DNA of 11,751 nucleotides from a virus: the UHGV virus genome UHGV-1581437. One strand, given 5' to 3'. The position numbers were made by a program, and so were the translations under genes. Below the pieces are notes generated by a model. The model saw nothing but the letters and a program-made list of their open reading frames with translations, was not told the origin of the DNA and made no database searches. This document shows, piece by piece, positions 1 to 7,322 of the stretch (the stretch's first letter is position 1; each line of letters begins with the position of its first letter).

Positions 1-1773
1 CCCGCCGCAATGCAGCTCAGTGACGCATTGGATACCGTCAGAGATATGTATAGAAAACAACTCCGAAAAGTACCGCCTTCCGCGCCAATCGGGTTCATCC
101 CGGAAAGCTGGAGAAAGGTTGTGATCACCCCCACCGGCATTGACCGAAAATATTACGAATTTTGCGTGCTGAATGAACTGAAGGGAGCCTTACGTTCAGG
201 TGACATCTGGGTAAAGGGGTCACGCCGCTACAGGAATTTCGATGATTATCTGATCCCGTCAGACGATTTTGAAAAATCACTCCGGGATAACCAGTTACCC
301 CTTGCTGTTCCGGCCGATTGCCATGAATACATCAAGAGCCGTTTGACGCTTCTTGCATCGCGTCTGGAAGAAGTTAACGCGATGGCGCTGGCCTGTGATT
401 TACCCGATGTTGATATATCGGATAAAGGCGTGAAAATTACCCCGCTGGATAACAGTGTCCCTTCAGCAGCATCCCCTTTTGGCGATCTGGTTTATGGCAT
501 GCTCCCTCACCCTAAAATTACTGAAATGCTGGATGAAGTGGACGGCTGGACTGGTTTTACCCGCCATTTCACACATCTCAAAAACAATCACGTCAGACCT
601 AAAGACAGAAAGTTGTTACTGACCACCATCCTGGCCGATGGTATCAACCTTGGACTGACAAAAATGGCCGAATCCTGTCCGGGAACGACCAAATCGTCAC
701 TCGAGGGCATTCAGGCCTGGTACATCAGGGATGAAACCTATTCAGCTGCGCTGGCCGAGTTGGTCAATGCCCAGAAAAAAAGCCCTCTGGCGGCATTCTG
801 GGGCGATGGAACAACGTCATCGTCTGATGGACAGAACTTTCGGGTGGGGAGTCACGGGCGTTATGCTGGTCAGGTCAATCTTAAATACGGTCAGGATCCA
901 GGCGTGCAGATTTATACGCATATTTCGGACCAATACAGCCCGTTTTACACCAAAGTTATCAGCCGCGTGCGGGATTCAACACACGTACTTGATGGTCTGC
1001 TGTACCACGAAACTGATCTGGAAATTACAGAGCATTACACCGACACAGCAGGTTTCACTGAGCATGTTTTTGCGCTAATGCATCTGCTCGGATTCGCTTT
1101 TGCGCCAAGGATCCGGGATCTTCATGACAAACGGCTGTTTATTCATGGAAAAGCTGAGTTGTATCAGGGGCTTCAGTCAATCATCTCGACAACCAGCCTG
1201 AATCTAAAGGAAATTGAAACCCACTGGCATGAGGTGCTGCGTCTGGCAAGTTCTATAAAGCAGGGAACGGTAACAGCATCACTGATGATGAAAAAGCTGG
1301 CAAGCTATCCGAAGCAGAATGGTCTGGCAAAGGCGCTGAGAGAGATTGGCCGCATCGAAAGGTCATTGTTTATGCTGGACTGGTTCAGGGATCCTTTACT
1401 GCGTCGACGCGTACAGGCGGGGCTGAATAAAGGTGAGGCTCGCAATGCCCTTGCGCGAGCGGTCTTTATGCATCGGCTGGGTGAAATCAGAGATCGGGGG
1501 CTGGAGAATCAGAGCTATCGAGCCAGCGGTCTGACGTTGCTGACTGCGGCGATCTCACTGCGGAATACGGTATATATAGAAAGAGCGATAGATTCTTTGA
1601 GACGAAAAGGGATCCCGATTAATGAGCAACTGATTACCCATCTGTCACCACTGGGATGGGAACATATCAACCTGAGCGGGGATTACGTCTGGAGAACGAA
1701 CCTCAAACTGGGACAGGGTAAATACCGCGCATTACGCTCAGTGAATAGTAATATGTACAAAAAACAGGCTTAG
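1..1773 (+). CDS. tnpA: Tn3-family DDE transposase TnpA, C-terminal ~590 aa (5' partial; frame is open through bases 1-9)
   Basis: ORF track 10..1773 (587 aa) with no stop in frame back to position 1. Size, composition and a stop codon (TAG 1771-1773) embedded in the terminal IR are typical of Tn3-family TnpA. Not Tn3 itself: the C-terminus differs from the Tn3 TnpA I recall. Confidence 0.88.
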   Translation, partial: PAAMQLSDALDTVRDMYRKQLRKVPPSAPIGFIPESWRKVVITPTGIDRKYYEFCVLNELKGALRSGDIWVKGSRRYRNFDDYLIPSDDFEKSLRDNQLPLAVPADCHEYIKSRLTLLASRLEEVNAMALACDLPDVDISDKGVKITPLDNSVPSAASPFGDLVYGMLPHPKITEMLDEVDGWTGFTRHFTHLKNNHVRPKDRKLLLTTILADGINLGLTKMAESCPGTTKSSLEGIQAWYIRDETYSAALAELVNAQKKSPLAAFWGDGTTSSSDGQNFRVGSHGRYAGQVNLKYGQDPGVQIYTHISDQYSPFYTKVISRVRDSTHVLDGLLYHETDLEITEHYTDTAGFTEHVFALMHLLGFAFAPRIRDLHDKRLFIHGKAELYQGLQSIISTTSLNLKEIETHWHEVLRLASSIKQGTVTASLMMKKLASYPKQNGLAKALREIGRIERSLFMLDWFRDPLLRRRVQAGLNKGEARNALARAVFMHRLGEIRDRGLENQSYRASGLTLLTAAISLRNTVYIERAIDSLRRKGIPINEQLITHLSPLGWEHINLSGDYVWRTNLKLGQGKYRALRSVNSNMYKKQA

Positions 1774-1806
1774 CGTAGGATAATTTCCGTTTTCCAAGCG
1801 GACCCC
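1769..1806. repeat. 38-bp Tn3-family terminal inverted repeat (outer end at 1806)
   Basis: Reverse complement of 1769..1806 reads GGGGTCCGCTTGGAAAACGGAAATTATCCTACGCTAAG. It shares the GAAAACGGAAA core and ACGCTAAG inner end with Tn21/Tn501-subgroup IRs as I recall them. The 5 bp immediately outside (1807-1811, ATATA) is the candidate target-site duplication. Confidence 0.8.
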
Positions 1807-2108
1807 ATATAGCAGGCAATGCAGGGGAGAGTGCCAAGAGCATTGGCGATGCGCCGTTCCTCCGCCGTTGGTGTTCTCCCCTTCAAGCCACGAGATTTTA
1901 TTTTTACCGCGCTTTTCCGCGTTTTGCTGGCTGGTGGGCGCTCTTTCTGTTTAGCGATACGGCGGTCGATAGTATCCCGCATTTTCTGATATTGAGATTC
2001 TCGCCAGACCGGATCAGCCAACTTCTCCCGTTGCCGAGCGATCGCTCGTTCTCTGGCTGCCTTCTGCCACTTGCGGCACTGTTCAATTTTTTGTTCGATT
2101 GTTTTCAT
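1807..2108 (-). pseudogene. ref: ref (P1 recombination enhancement function) truncated by the transposon; only ~100 N-terminal codons remain
   Basis: Minus-strand ORF 1770..2108 begins MKTIEQKIEQCRKWQKAARER... (P1 Ref N-terminus as I recall it) and reads up to ...LPCIACYM. It then continues into the transposon IR ([11 protein letters not shown], then stop), so the C-terminal HNH-type domain is missing from this locus. Confidence 0.75.
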
Positions 2109-2114
2109 ATGGTC

Positions 2115-2141
2115 AAAAAAAAGGCGGCCTAATGGCCGCCT
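2115..2141 (-). terminator. Intrinsic-terminator-like hairpin on the minus strand, immediately upstream of the ref start
   Basis: Perfect inverted repeat AGGCGGCC-TAAT-GGCCGCCT (2122-2141) followed on the minus strand by a run of eight T (plus-strand A run 2115-2122). Confidence 0.4.
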
Positions 2142-2206
2142 ATGATGTCAAGGAGTGAAGTAATGGCAACGTCTTCGTAGTTGACAAAAACTGCGACTCA
2201 ATTATG

Positions 2207-2223
2207 GCAACCAATTAGAGCAA
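2207..2223 (-). promoter_or_regulatory. C1-operator-like 17-mer upstream of ref (ref operator position)
   Basis: Minus strand reads ATTGCTCTAATTGGTTG; the first 11 positions match the P1 C1 operator consensus ATTGCTCTAATAAATTT. Confidence 0.5.
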
Positions 2224-2355
2224 TTAAAGTTGTTTATTTATCGCGAATCACATTTTTTCACTTCAGTACCTGTGTGCTATACTCCTTTTTGATTAATTGG
2301 ATGCGGAATACAAACCCGCTCTTTTGTGCAGCCTGGCTCCTTGCCAGGCTTTTTT

Positions 2356-2667
2356 TTATTTCATCATGGAAGCTGTTAACGCTTTGGACCTTGCTGAACT
2401 GATTGAGAGGGCTTTGTCAACGTGCCCCAAAAATTCGCCAAACTCAGACATCACTTTAGCAAAACCGCGCCGTGCTTCTTCCTCGGTGGCATTCATCACG
2501 AAATGTTCAGCACCACGCATACTTTTGACAGGGAACGCAACGGATATTGAATCAATATCAGGCATTCTATCGCTCAGCTTTACAGTGACAATGACGGCTG
2601 GCGACTGAATATTAGTGCTTACAGACAGCACTACATATTTTCCGTCGATGTTGAAATCCTTTCTCAC
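2356..2667 (-). CDS. Hypothetical small protein in the cre-ref interval (position of the small P1 gene between cre and ref, possibly c8); GTG start as drawn
   Basis: 103-aa ORF on the same strand as cre and ref, with protein-like composition. The overlapping plus-strand ORF (2297..2608) is Ser/Leu/Cys-rich and less plausible. A C1-operator-like site lies just upstream. Start codon is uncertain. Confidence 0.4.
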   Translation of the reverse strand: MRKDFNIDGKYVVLSVSTNIQSPAVIVTVKLSDRMPDIDSISVAFPVKSMRGAEHFVMNATEEEARRGFAKVMSEFGEFLGHVDKALSISSARSKALTASMMK

Positions 2668-2683
2668 ATGTCACCATAAATAT

Positions 2684-2700
2684 CAAAGAATTAGAGCAAT
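2684..2700 (-). promoter_or_regulatory. C1-operator-like 17-mer between the cre stop and the downstream small gene
   Basis: Minus strand reads ATTGCTCTAATTCTTTG (13/17 to consensus, first 11 positions perfect). Confidence 0.5.
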
Positions 2701-2717
2701 CATTTACGCGTTAATGG

Positions 2718-3749
2718 CTAATCGCCATCTTCCAGCAGGCGCACCATTGCCCCTGTTTCACTATCCAGGTTACGGATATAGTTCATGACAATATTTACGT
2801 TGGTCCAGCCACCAGCTTGCATGATCTCCGGTATTGAAACTCCGGCGCGGGCCATATCTCGTGCGGCTCCGACACGGGCACTGTGTCCAGACCAGGCCAG
2901 GTACCTCTGGCCAGAGTCATCCTTAGCCCCGTAAATCAATCGGTGAGTTGCTTCAAAAATCCCTTCCAGGGCGCGAGTTGATAGCTGGCTGGTGGCAGAT
3001 GGCGCGGCAACACCATTTTTTCTGACACGGCAAAACAAGTAGTTATTCGGATCATCAGCTACACCAGAGACAGAAATCCATCGCTCGACCAGTTTAGTTA
3101 CCCCCAGGCTAAGTGCCTTCTCTACACCTGCGGTGCTAACCAGCGTTTTCGTTCTGCCAATATGGATTAACATTCTCCCACCGCCAGTACGCGAGATATC
3201 TTTAACCCTGATCCTGGCAATTTCGGCTATACGTAACAGGGTGTTATAAGCAATCCCCAGAAATGCTAGATTACGTATATCCTGGCAGCGATCGCTATTT
3301 TCCATGAGCGAACGAACCTGGTCGAAATCAGTGCGTTCGAACGCCAGCGCCTGTTTTGCACGTTCACCGGCATCAACGTTTTCTTTTCGGATCCGCCGCA
3401 TGACCAGTGAAACAGCATTGCTGTCACTTGGTCGTGGCAGCCCGGACCGACGATGAAGCATGTTTAGCTGGCCCAAATGTTGCTGGATAGTTTTCACTGC
3501 CAGACCGCGCGCCTGAAGATATAGAAGATAATCGCGAACATCTTCAGGTTCTGCGGGAAACCACTTCCGGTTATTCAACTTGCACCATGCCGCCCACGAC
3601 CGGCAAACGGACAGAAGCATTTTCCAGGTATGCTCAGAAAACGCCTGGCGATCCCTGAACATGTCCATCAGGTTCTTGCGAACCTCATCACTCGTTGCAT
3701 CGACCGGTAATGCAGGCAAATTTTGGTGTACGGTCAGTAAATTGGACAT
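2718..3749 (-). CDS. cre: Cre tyrosine site-specific recombinase
   Basis: 343-aa ORF starting MSNLLTVHQNLPALPVDATSDEVRKNLMDMFRDRQAFSEHTWKMLLSVCRSWAAWCKLNNRKWFPAEPEDVRDYLLYLQARGLAVKTIQQHLGQLNMLHRRSGLPRPSDSNAVSLVMRRIRKENVDAGERAKQALAFERTDFDQVRSLMENSDRCQDIRNLAFLGIAYNTLLRIAEIARIRVKDISRTGGGRMLIHIGRTKTLVSTAGVEKALSLGVTKLVERWISVSGVADDPNNYLFCRVRKNGVAAPSATSQLSTRALEGIFEATHRLIYGAKDDSGQRYLAWSGHSARVGAARDMARAGVSIPEIMQAGGWTNVNIVMNYIRNLDSETGAMVRLLEDGD, which I recognise as Cre; one position reads G where I recall D (RTGGGRM versus RTDGGRM). A loxP site lies ~410 bp upstream. Confidence 0.97.
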   Translation of the reverse strand: MSNLLTVHQNLPALPVDATSDEVRKNLMDMFRDRQAFSEHTWKMLLSVCRSWAAWCKLNNRKWFPAEPEDVRDYLLYLQARGLAVKTIQQHLGQLNMLHRRSGLPRPSDSNAVSLVMRRIRKENVDAGERAKQALAFERTDFDQVRSLMENSDRCQDIRNLAFLGIAYNTLLRIAEIARIRVKDISRTGGGRMLIHIGRTKTLVSTAGVEKALSLGVTKLVERWISVSGVADDPNNYLFCRVRKNGVAAPSATSQLSTRALEGIFEATHRLIYGAKDDSGQRYLAWSGHSARVGAARDMARAGVSIPEIMQAGGWTNVNIVMNYIRNLDSETGAMVRLLEDGD

Positions 3750-3756
3750 TTAACAC

Positions 3757-3978
3757 TCAGATGATGGTTTTAAGTAAAGTGTACAGGATCGGCTCTGCCT
3801 TTACCTGTTTATGGTTCTCGTCATAGAAACGCCAGCGACCGCGCGTGCGTTCTATTTTCTCTTCACCGCGCGATAATGACAGTTGGCAACTATCACGATC
3901 AAACCCTTTTGCCCGCCAGTAACCACGGTTTTTCTCAAGCTCAAGATGAGTGGACACTTTAGCAGTTGAATATCCCAT
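3757..3978 (-). CDS. Small basic protein (73 aa) immediately upstream of cre; likely the cre-associated small gene (cra)
   Basis: ATG preceded by a strong Shine-Dalgarno (minus strand AGAGGTGAAAA-ATG). The stop lies 8 nt before the cre ATG, suggesting co-transcription or coupling with cre. Confidence 0.45.
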   Translation of the reverse strand: MGYSTAKVSTHLELEKNRGYWRAKGFDRDSCQLSLSRGEEKIERTRGRWRFYDENHKQVKAEPILYTLLKTII

Positions 3979-4010
3979 TTTTCACCTCTGATTGATTGGT
4001 GGTGCTAAGT

Positions 4011-4069
4011 GCGCTACGCGAAATCTGTAGGACTAACACCGCCAACTTTTCACAGATTTTACGTAGCGC
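4011..4069. repeat. Long imperfect inverted repeat (~18 of 20 bp arms, ~20-bp spacer) in the loxP-cre regulatory region
   Basis: GCGCTACGCGAAATCTGTAG (4011-4030) pairs with CACAGATTTTACGTAGCGC (4051-4069). Adjacent GATC (Dam) sites at TTGATCAAATGATCA (4075-4089) and TTGATCAT (4135-4142). Confidence 0.5.
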
Positions 4070-4159
4070 AACCTTGATCAAATGATCACTATTTGACCTG
4101 CTAAGGTATTGAACTGTATGGATTTACAGGTAAATTGATCATATTCAATAACCCTTAAG

Positions 4160-4193
4160 ATAACTTCGTATAATGTATGCTATACGAAGTTAT
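4160..4193. other. loxP site-specific recombination site (Cre target)
   Basis: Exact 34-bp match ATAACTTCGTATA-ATGTATGC-TATACGAAGTTAT: two 13-bp inverted arms around the 8-bp asymmetric spacer. Confidence 0.97.
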
Positions 4194-4236
4194 CAGGTCC
4201 GAAGAGGAGTTTACGTCCAGCCGCGCACAAAAATCA

Positions 4237-4253
4237 AGAATTATTAGAGCAAT
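4237..4253 (-). promoter_or_regulatory. C1 operator (Op99-type), minus orientation
   Basis: Minus strand reads ATTGCTCTAATAATTCT (15/17 to consensus ATTGCTCTAATAAATTT). Confidence 0.6.
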
Positions 4254-4313
4254 AAATTTTGAGAGAAAAATCCCACTCCACCAGCTAAAAACTGGATTGT
4301 TTTTCATAGTTGT

Positions 4314-4340
4314 TTGACAATTGCTCTAATAAATTATAGT
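4314..4340 (+). promoter_or_regulatory. C1 operator (Op99-type) overlapping a sigma70-like promoter facing coi-c1
   Basis: TTGACA (4314-4319) followed directly by ATTGCTCTAATAAATTA (4320-4336, 16/17 to consensus) and TATAGT (4335-4340): a -35 and -10 with a 15-bp spacer fully occupied by the operator. Confidence 0.6.
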
Positions 4341-4574
4341 TTTGCCGCCGTTACGTAATACGACTTTGGATTCACTATTTAATGTGTCTTCAGCGTTGTA
4401 GAGCGGCTCAGAAGGAAATGAGCAAACAGGGAAACCTTATACAACGGCATTACAGCTATGCATTGCTCATCTTACACACAGCGCAATGTTGTTAGATTAC
4501 CCCAGCATGGATCATGGGTGAAACAGTAGGTCAGAGCTTCAGGCTCTGTGTTGTCAATACAGTGAGGCATAATT

Positions 4575-4784
4575 ATGGCTTTCATTCAACCAACCATCGA
4601 CGACGTTAGACATTGCTCTAACGCTTTATCTGTAGACCCTGCCGAAACCGACGCTGCCCGCGCCATTGCTGAACACTACTCAAAGATATCCAATCAGGAG
4701 TACCGCATCACCCAAGACGACCTGGATGACCTCACTGACACAATCGAATATCTCATGGCAACTAACCAGTTAGACTCACAATAA
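4575..4784 (+). CDS. coi: Coi (C1 inactivator), 69 aa
   Basis: 69-aa acidic ORF directly upstream of c1 and downstream of the operator cluster; GAGG lies 7 nt before the ATG. Size and position match P1 coi. Confidence 0.85.
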   Translation: MAFIQPTIDDVRHCSNALSVDPAETDAARAIAEHYSKISNQEYRITQDDLDDLTDTIEYLMATNQLDSQ

Positions 4785-4800
4785 ATGCACTAATAAATCT
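4784..4800 (+). promoter_or_regulatory. Weaker C1-operator-like 17-mer between coi and c1
   Basis: AATGCACTAATAAATCT (14/17 to consensus), followed by a TATAAT hexamer at 4820-4825. Confidence 0.35.
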
Positions 4801-4894
4801 ATTATTTTTGTTTGATCCCTCTATAATATAGGTCAGTAATGACCGGTTTTCTCAGCCGGGCGTTATTGACCATGTCAATTCTGGAGGAGGATCA

Positions 4895-5746
4895 ATGATA
4901 AATTATGTCTACGGCGAACAACTGTACCAGGAGTTCGTCAGCTTCAGGGATCTCTTTCTAAAAAAAGCTGTTGCACGCGCCCAACACGTTGATACAGCCA
5001 GCGACGGTCGTCCTGTACGCCCGGTTGTCGTTCTACCGTTCAAAGAAACTCACAGCATTCAGGCTGAAATTGATAAATGGACTTTAATGGCGCGGGAACT
5101 GGAACAGTACCCAGACCTCAATATCCCAAAGACTATTTTATATCCAGTGCCTAACATCCTTCGCGGTGTGCGCAAGGTTACAACTTATCAGACAGAAGCT
5201 GTGAACAGCGTCAACATGACCGCTGGCCGCATTATTCATCTGATTGATAAGGACATTCGCATCCAGAAAAGCGCAGGGATCAATGAGCACAGTGCGAAAT
5301 ACATAGAGAACCTGGAAGCAACAAAAGAGCTAATGAAGCAGTACCCGGAGGATGAAAAATTCCGTATGCGCGTACACGGCTTTAGCGAAACAATGCTGCG
5401 CGTCCATTACATTTCCAGTAGCCCTAACTACAATGATGGTAAATCAGTTAGTTACCATGTGCCGCTGTGTGGTGTGTTTATCTGCGATGAAACTCTCCGT
5501 GATGGAATCATCATCAACGGTGAATTCGAGAAAGCAAAATTTAGCCTTTATGACTCTATAGAACCGATCATCTGCGACCGCTGGCCGCAGGCAAAAATAT
5601 ATCGCCTGGCAGATATTGAAAATGTAAAAAAACAAATTGCCATCACTCGCGAAGAGAAAAAGGTCAAATCAGCCGCATCAGTTACGCGCAGCCGTAAAAC
5701 CAAGAAGGGGCAGCCAGTAAACGACAACCCCGAAAGCGCGCAATAA
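4895..5746 (+). CDS. c1: C1 repressor of lysis (primary immunity repressor), 283 aa
   Basis: 283-aa ORF with strong RBS (GGAGGAGG, 4883-4890). Length, position after coi and the surrounding operator array match P1 c1. Confidence 0.92.
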   Translation: MINYVYGEQLYQEFVSFRDLFLKKAVARAQHVDTASDGRPVRPVVVLPFKETHSIQAEIDKWTLMARELEQYPDLNIPKTILYPVPNILRGVRKVTTYQTEAVNSVNMTAGRIIHLIDKDIRIQKSAGINEHSAKYIENLEATKELMKQYPEDEKFRMRVHGFSETMLRVHYISSSPNYNDGKSVSYHVPLCGVFICDETLRDGIIINGEFEKAKFSLYDSIEPIICDRWPQAKIYRLADIENVKKQIAITREEKKVKSAASVTRSRKTKKGQPVNDNPESAQ

Positions 5747-5749
5747 ATT

Positions 5750-5771
5750 ATGCCCGGCATCAACCGGGCAT
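5750..5771. terminator. Bidirectional intrinsic-terminator-like hairpin between convergent c1 and the Ant-like gene
   Basis: ATGCCCGG-CATCAA-CCGGGCAT perfect 8-bp stem with T-rich flanks on both strands, sitting in the 32-bp gap between two convergent stop codons. Confidence 0.6.
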
Positions 5772-5778
5772 TCTTCCA

Positions 5779-6891
5779 TTATTCAGCCGCCACCGGTTTT
5801 AACAAGCCAGCATCGAGCAGTTTACGCGTCAACCACTGCTGGCCTTTACCCGTTAATTGAGGCGTCAACCGTATCTGGTAGCCATCTTCATCATCCAGCA
5901 CCACTTCTTTCACCGTGAAATACCCCGCGTTGATGTACTGCTGGAACGGCACATTTTTACGTCCACCGGACGCTATCAGGATGCCGTTCTCCCGTAACCA
6001 GACAAACAGCGCGTTTTGCTTAAGTCCAACAACCTTTGCAAAATTCCCAATCAGGATCCCTTTAGCTACTGATACCCGGTCGGCAAAATCGACTTTAGGA
6101 GCGGCGGCCACCAGCTGCTGATTTAGCTGGTGGGCTTTCTGTTCCAAAAGCTGCTTTTGTTCAGCCAGTTCGGCAGCCAGGCGCAGAGCTTCTGGAAGCG
6201 TCTGGGGGATTGCAACCGGTTGCTGTTCTTTTTGCCGGAAGTAGCTGTCTTCCAGTTTTTCAAAGAATGCCCATGCTTCATTTGTGTCCACGATCTTAGA
6301 CATGCGTGCAGCGCCGCGCTCTGTCCAGAGTGTAAGGCTTCTGGCGTTCTTACCAACAGAGTAACTTCCGGTTACTCTGTTCTTAAATTCTCTTAATTTT
6401 AAACCAGTTAGAAGAAAGTAATGCTTACCTTCTTCAAAGCGGTCAAGGTTGCGAGACAAATTGTTGCGAATATTGGCTTCATCGACCCCATACCCTCTAG
6501 CAAGAGTTTCGGTTGTCACGACACGTACTCCCTGCCATTCCAGAACGGGAATTTCATCCGGCTGATTCTGAACAACCACCAGTTCCGATTCCTGAACTGA
6601 AGGTGCATAAATTTTTTCTGATTTAACGTTAGTTGCTTTCATTCTGTGTGCCTCCTTGCGTGCTTCGGCTGCGACGGTTGCGTAATTCAGATGACCCTGT
6701 TCGAGCAGGTATTCACGGATATCGGTTAGCAGAATGCGGTGAACCGCGTGTTTGTCCTTTCTCCGGTAAAGTTGTTTGGTGATCATGAAGTAGTTGGCAA
6801 TAACGCCCGGTATATCCCTGGTACTGATACAGGCAGTGTGCTGTTCAATTGCCTCGATCATCTCTTCACGGGTGACTAATGACGTTCTCAT
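5779..6891 (-). CDS. Ant-like antirepressor (370 aa) with an ORF6N/Bro-N-like central domain and a KilAC-type C-terminal domain; in-frame internal start at 6642 would give a 287-aa isoform
   Basis: Strong RBS (minus AGGAGGG 4 nt before ATG). Central segment LEWQGVRVVTTETLARGYGVDEANIRNNLSRNLDRFEEGKHYFLLTG...LWTERGA...FFEKLEDSYF has the ORF6N pattern; the C-terminus (VDFADRVSVAKGILIGNFAKVVGLKQNALFVWLRENGIL...) is KilAC-like. Domain calls are from motif memory, not a search. Confidence 0.85.
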   Translation of the reverse strand: MRTSLVTREEMIEAIEQHTACISTRDIPGVIANYFMITKQLYRRKDKHAVHRILLTDIREYLLEQGHLNYATVAAEARKEAHRMKATNVKSEKIYAPSVQESELVVVQNQPDEIPVLEWQGVRVVTTETLARGYGVDEANIRNNLSRNLDRFEEGKHYFLLTGLKLREFKNRVTGSYSVGKNARSLTLWTERGAARMSKIVDTNEAWAFFEKLEDSYFRQKEQQPVAIPQTLPEALRLAAELAEQKQLLEQKAHQLNQQLVAAAPKVDFADRVSVAKGILIGNFAKVVGLKQNALFVWLRENGILIASGGRKNVPFQQYINAGYFTVKEVVLDDEDGYQIRLTPQLTGKGQQWLTRKLLDAGLLKPVAAE

Positions 6892-7109
6892 AGTCCCTCC
6901 TGAGCAGAAGCGTTAACAGGGAGGCACCAGTAACTGAGAGAATTGCGCGAATCGGTAGAAAAGCGGGCAGAGAAAATACAGGGAGCATCCGGAAGCTGAG
7001 AACGTGCCTCATCTTCTGTCGGTGCAATAACGAAGTGATAGTGACGTTTTTGGCAGGAGTAAAAGCGCCAGATAAATTCAGGATGAGCAGGGGTAGGGAT
7101 AGTAGCCAC
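6888..7109 (-). CDS. Icd-like small protein (73 aa) translationally coupled to the Ant-like gene
   Basis: GTG start 8 nt downstream of a consensus SD (minus AAGGAGG, plus 7118-7124). Its stop overlaps the ant ATG as ATGA (6888-6891). Size and overlap mirror P1 icd-ant1 (73-codon icd, as I recall). Confidence 0.55.
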   Translation of the reverse strand: MATIPTPAHPEFIWRFYSCQKRHYHFVIAPTEDEARSQLPDAPCIFSARFSTDSRNSLSYWCLPVNASAQEGL

Positions 7110-7117
7110 AATGGCAG

Positions 7118-7141
7118 CCTCCTTTTGCTAATTTAAGGAGC
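7118..7141 (-). promoter_or_regulatory. RBS-sequestering hairpin for the Icd-like ORF
   Basis: Minus strand GCTCCTT-AAATTAGCAA-AAGGAGGC: an upstream anti-SD (CTCCTT) can pair with the SD (AAGGAG) of the small ORF. Confidence 0.4.
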
Positions 7142-7293
7142 TACCGCGTGAGGTCTCAATCTCAATGGCGGTAGCACTGACTGGGTTGAGACTACCGGCG
7201 CAAAAGGGAACCGGCCTGCCTTTCGGCAGCCCAGCCAGCACTACCATTGATCTCTGAGCTAAACGCTACGTATGGCTGTGCGATGGCATGACA

Positions 7294-7322
7294 CAAAAAA
7301 AGACGCTTTTGGCGTCTGTGTC
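7294..7322 (-). terminator. Strong rho-independent terminator on the minus strand inside the module leader
   Basis: Minus strand GACAC-AGACGC-CAAAA-GCGTCT-TTTTTTT-GTGTC: GC-rich stem followed by seven T, with an outer GACAC/GTGTC clamp. Confidence 0.6.

Larger units (their letters stand above)
1..1806 (+). mobile_element. Right-end fragment of a Tn3-family replicative transposon (partial tnpA plus terminal inverted repeat); the rest of the element lies upstream of the window
   Basis: Large transposase ORF runs open to the window start and its stop codon lies inside a 38-bp sequence with the Tn3-family IR signature (GGGG outer end, ...ACGCTAAG inner end). Flanking DNA from 1807 onward is P1 ref coding sequence. 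Confidence 0.85.

Noticed and set aside
731-1078. 115-aa plus-strand ORF in an alternative frame
   Set aside because: Fully nested inside the transposase reading frame; no independent support.
1904-2086. 60-aa minus-strand ORF
   Set aside because: Alternative frame inside the recognisable ref N-terminal coding sequence.
2297-2608. 103-aa plus-strand ORF (and 2181..2402, 73 aa)
   Set aside because: Overlaps the minus-strand 103-aa ORF, which shares orientation with cre and ref and has more protein-like composition. The plus-strand ORFs would be transcribed against the operon. One of the two calls could still be wrong.
4382-4574. Very short ORFs (25-35 codons) between the operators and coi, possible imcA/imcB equivalents
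   Set aside because: Too short and too poorly supported (weak or mis-spaced SD) to call from sequence alone; the region is dominated by operator and promoter elements.
5352-5763. Small ORFs on both strands (69, 63 and 71 aa)
   Set aside because: Nested within or antisense to c1, which is strongly supported.
6866-7111. 81-aa hydrophobic minus-strand ORF (TTG start) overlapping the Icd-like ORF
   Set aside because: Different frame of the same DNA. The 73-aa frame has a consensus SD at proper spacing and the ATGA coupling to ant; the hydrophobic frame has neither. A small membrane peptide cannot be excluded.
7200-7262. tRNA-like sequence elements (TAGCTCAG..GGTAG, GNRA-capped stem CTGCC-GAAA-GGCAG) on the minus strand
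   Set aside because: Could not assemble a convincing cloverleaf with acceptor stem and anticodon arm by eye; treated as part of the structured leader rather than a tRNA gene.
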